Positions 46,857-46,973 of a stretch of 46,973 nt of DNA are shown one piece after another. Origin of the DNA: a virus. Its lineage: Duplodnaviria; Caudoviricetes. Position 1 is the stretch's first letter; the number at the start of each line of letters is the position of its first letter. The notes under the pieces were generated by a model, which saw only the letters and a program-made list of their open reading frames with translations, was not told where the DNA came from and did not search any database. The position numbers and the translations under genes were made by a program. The stretch covers positions 1 through 46,973 of the IMG/VR virus record IMGVR_UViG_3300020045_000984; one strand, given 5' to 3'.

Positions 46857-46973
46857 ATCACTCACCTCGCGGGGGTGTTGGGAGAGCGTCAAAGGCGCGG
46901 TATGCTTCGGCGGCAATCTTTGTCGGGCAGTTGAAAACCGGCGGGTTTGCTGAACCGCAATCACCGGAACAAT

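Noticed and set aside
46931-46943. TTGAAAACCGGCG resembling a tRNA-Ser(TGA) anticodon arm
   Set aside because: No complementary 5' stem, D arm or T arm around it
1-46973. Direct terminal repeats, CRISPR array, integrase, reverse transcriptase/DGR, inteins
   Set aside because: The window ends do not match each other, no regularly spaced repeats or relevant motifs were seen, and core enzymes have normal lengths

Overview
The window is most of a T7-supergroup podophage genome (Autographiviridae, phiKMV-like layout with the single-subunit RNA polymerase after the DNA-metabolism genes). The host is probably an alphaproteobacterium, inferred from the near-absence of GANTC sites and an RcGTA-type head-spike module. 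The + strand order is: a 678-nt non-coding, densely base-paired leader; small early genes (including a nucleotidyltransferase and a GNAT); primase, helicase, PolA, SSB-like protein, exonuclease, endonuclease VII, metallophosphoesterase, DUF5664-like protein, ligase and RNAP; then portal, scaffold, capsid, tail tube A/B, three internal virion proteins, tail fibre, holin and terminases; and finally an accessory block (Ig-like protein, head-spike base and fibre, large G8/CEMIP-like beta-helix protein). Past 44.5 kb the orientation flips to an aberrant tRNA-like RNA with its own sigma70-type promoter and a cluster of tightly coupled small minus-strand genes. The best candidates for novelty are the large structured RNA at 1-678, the tRNA-like RNA (possibly paired with the CCA-enzyme-like nucleotidyltransferase), the head-spike plus CEMIP-like depolymerase block, and the cassette-like minus-strand island. 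No endolysin, spanin, integrase or terminal repeat was recognised. All calls come from motif recognition and synteny by eye; no searches were run.
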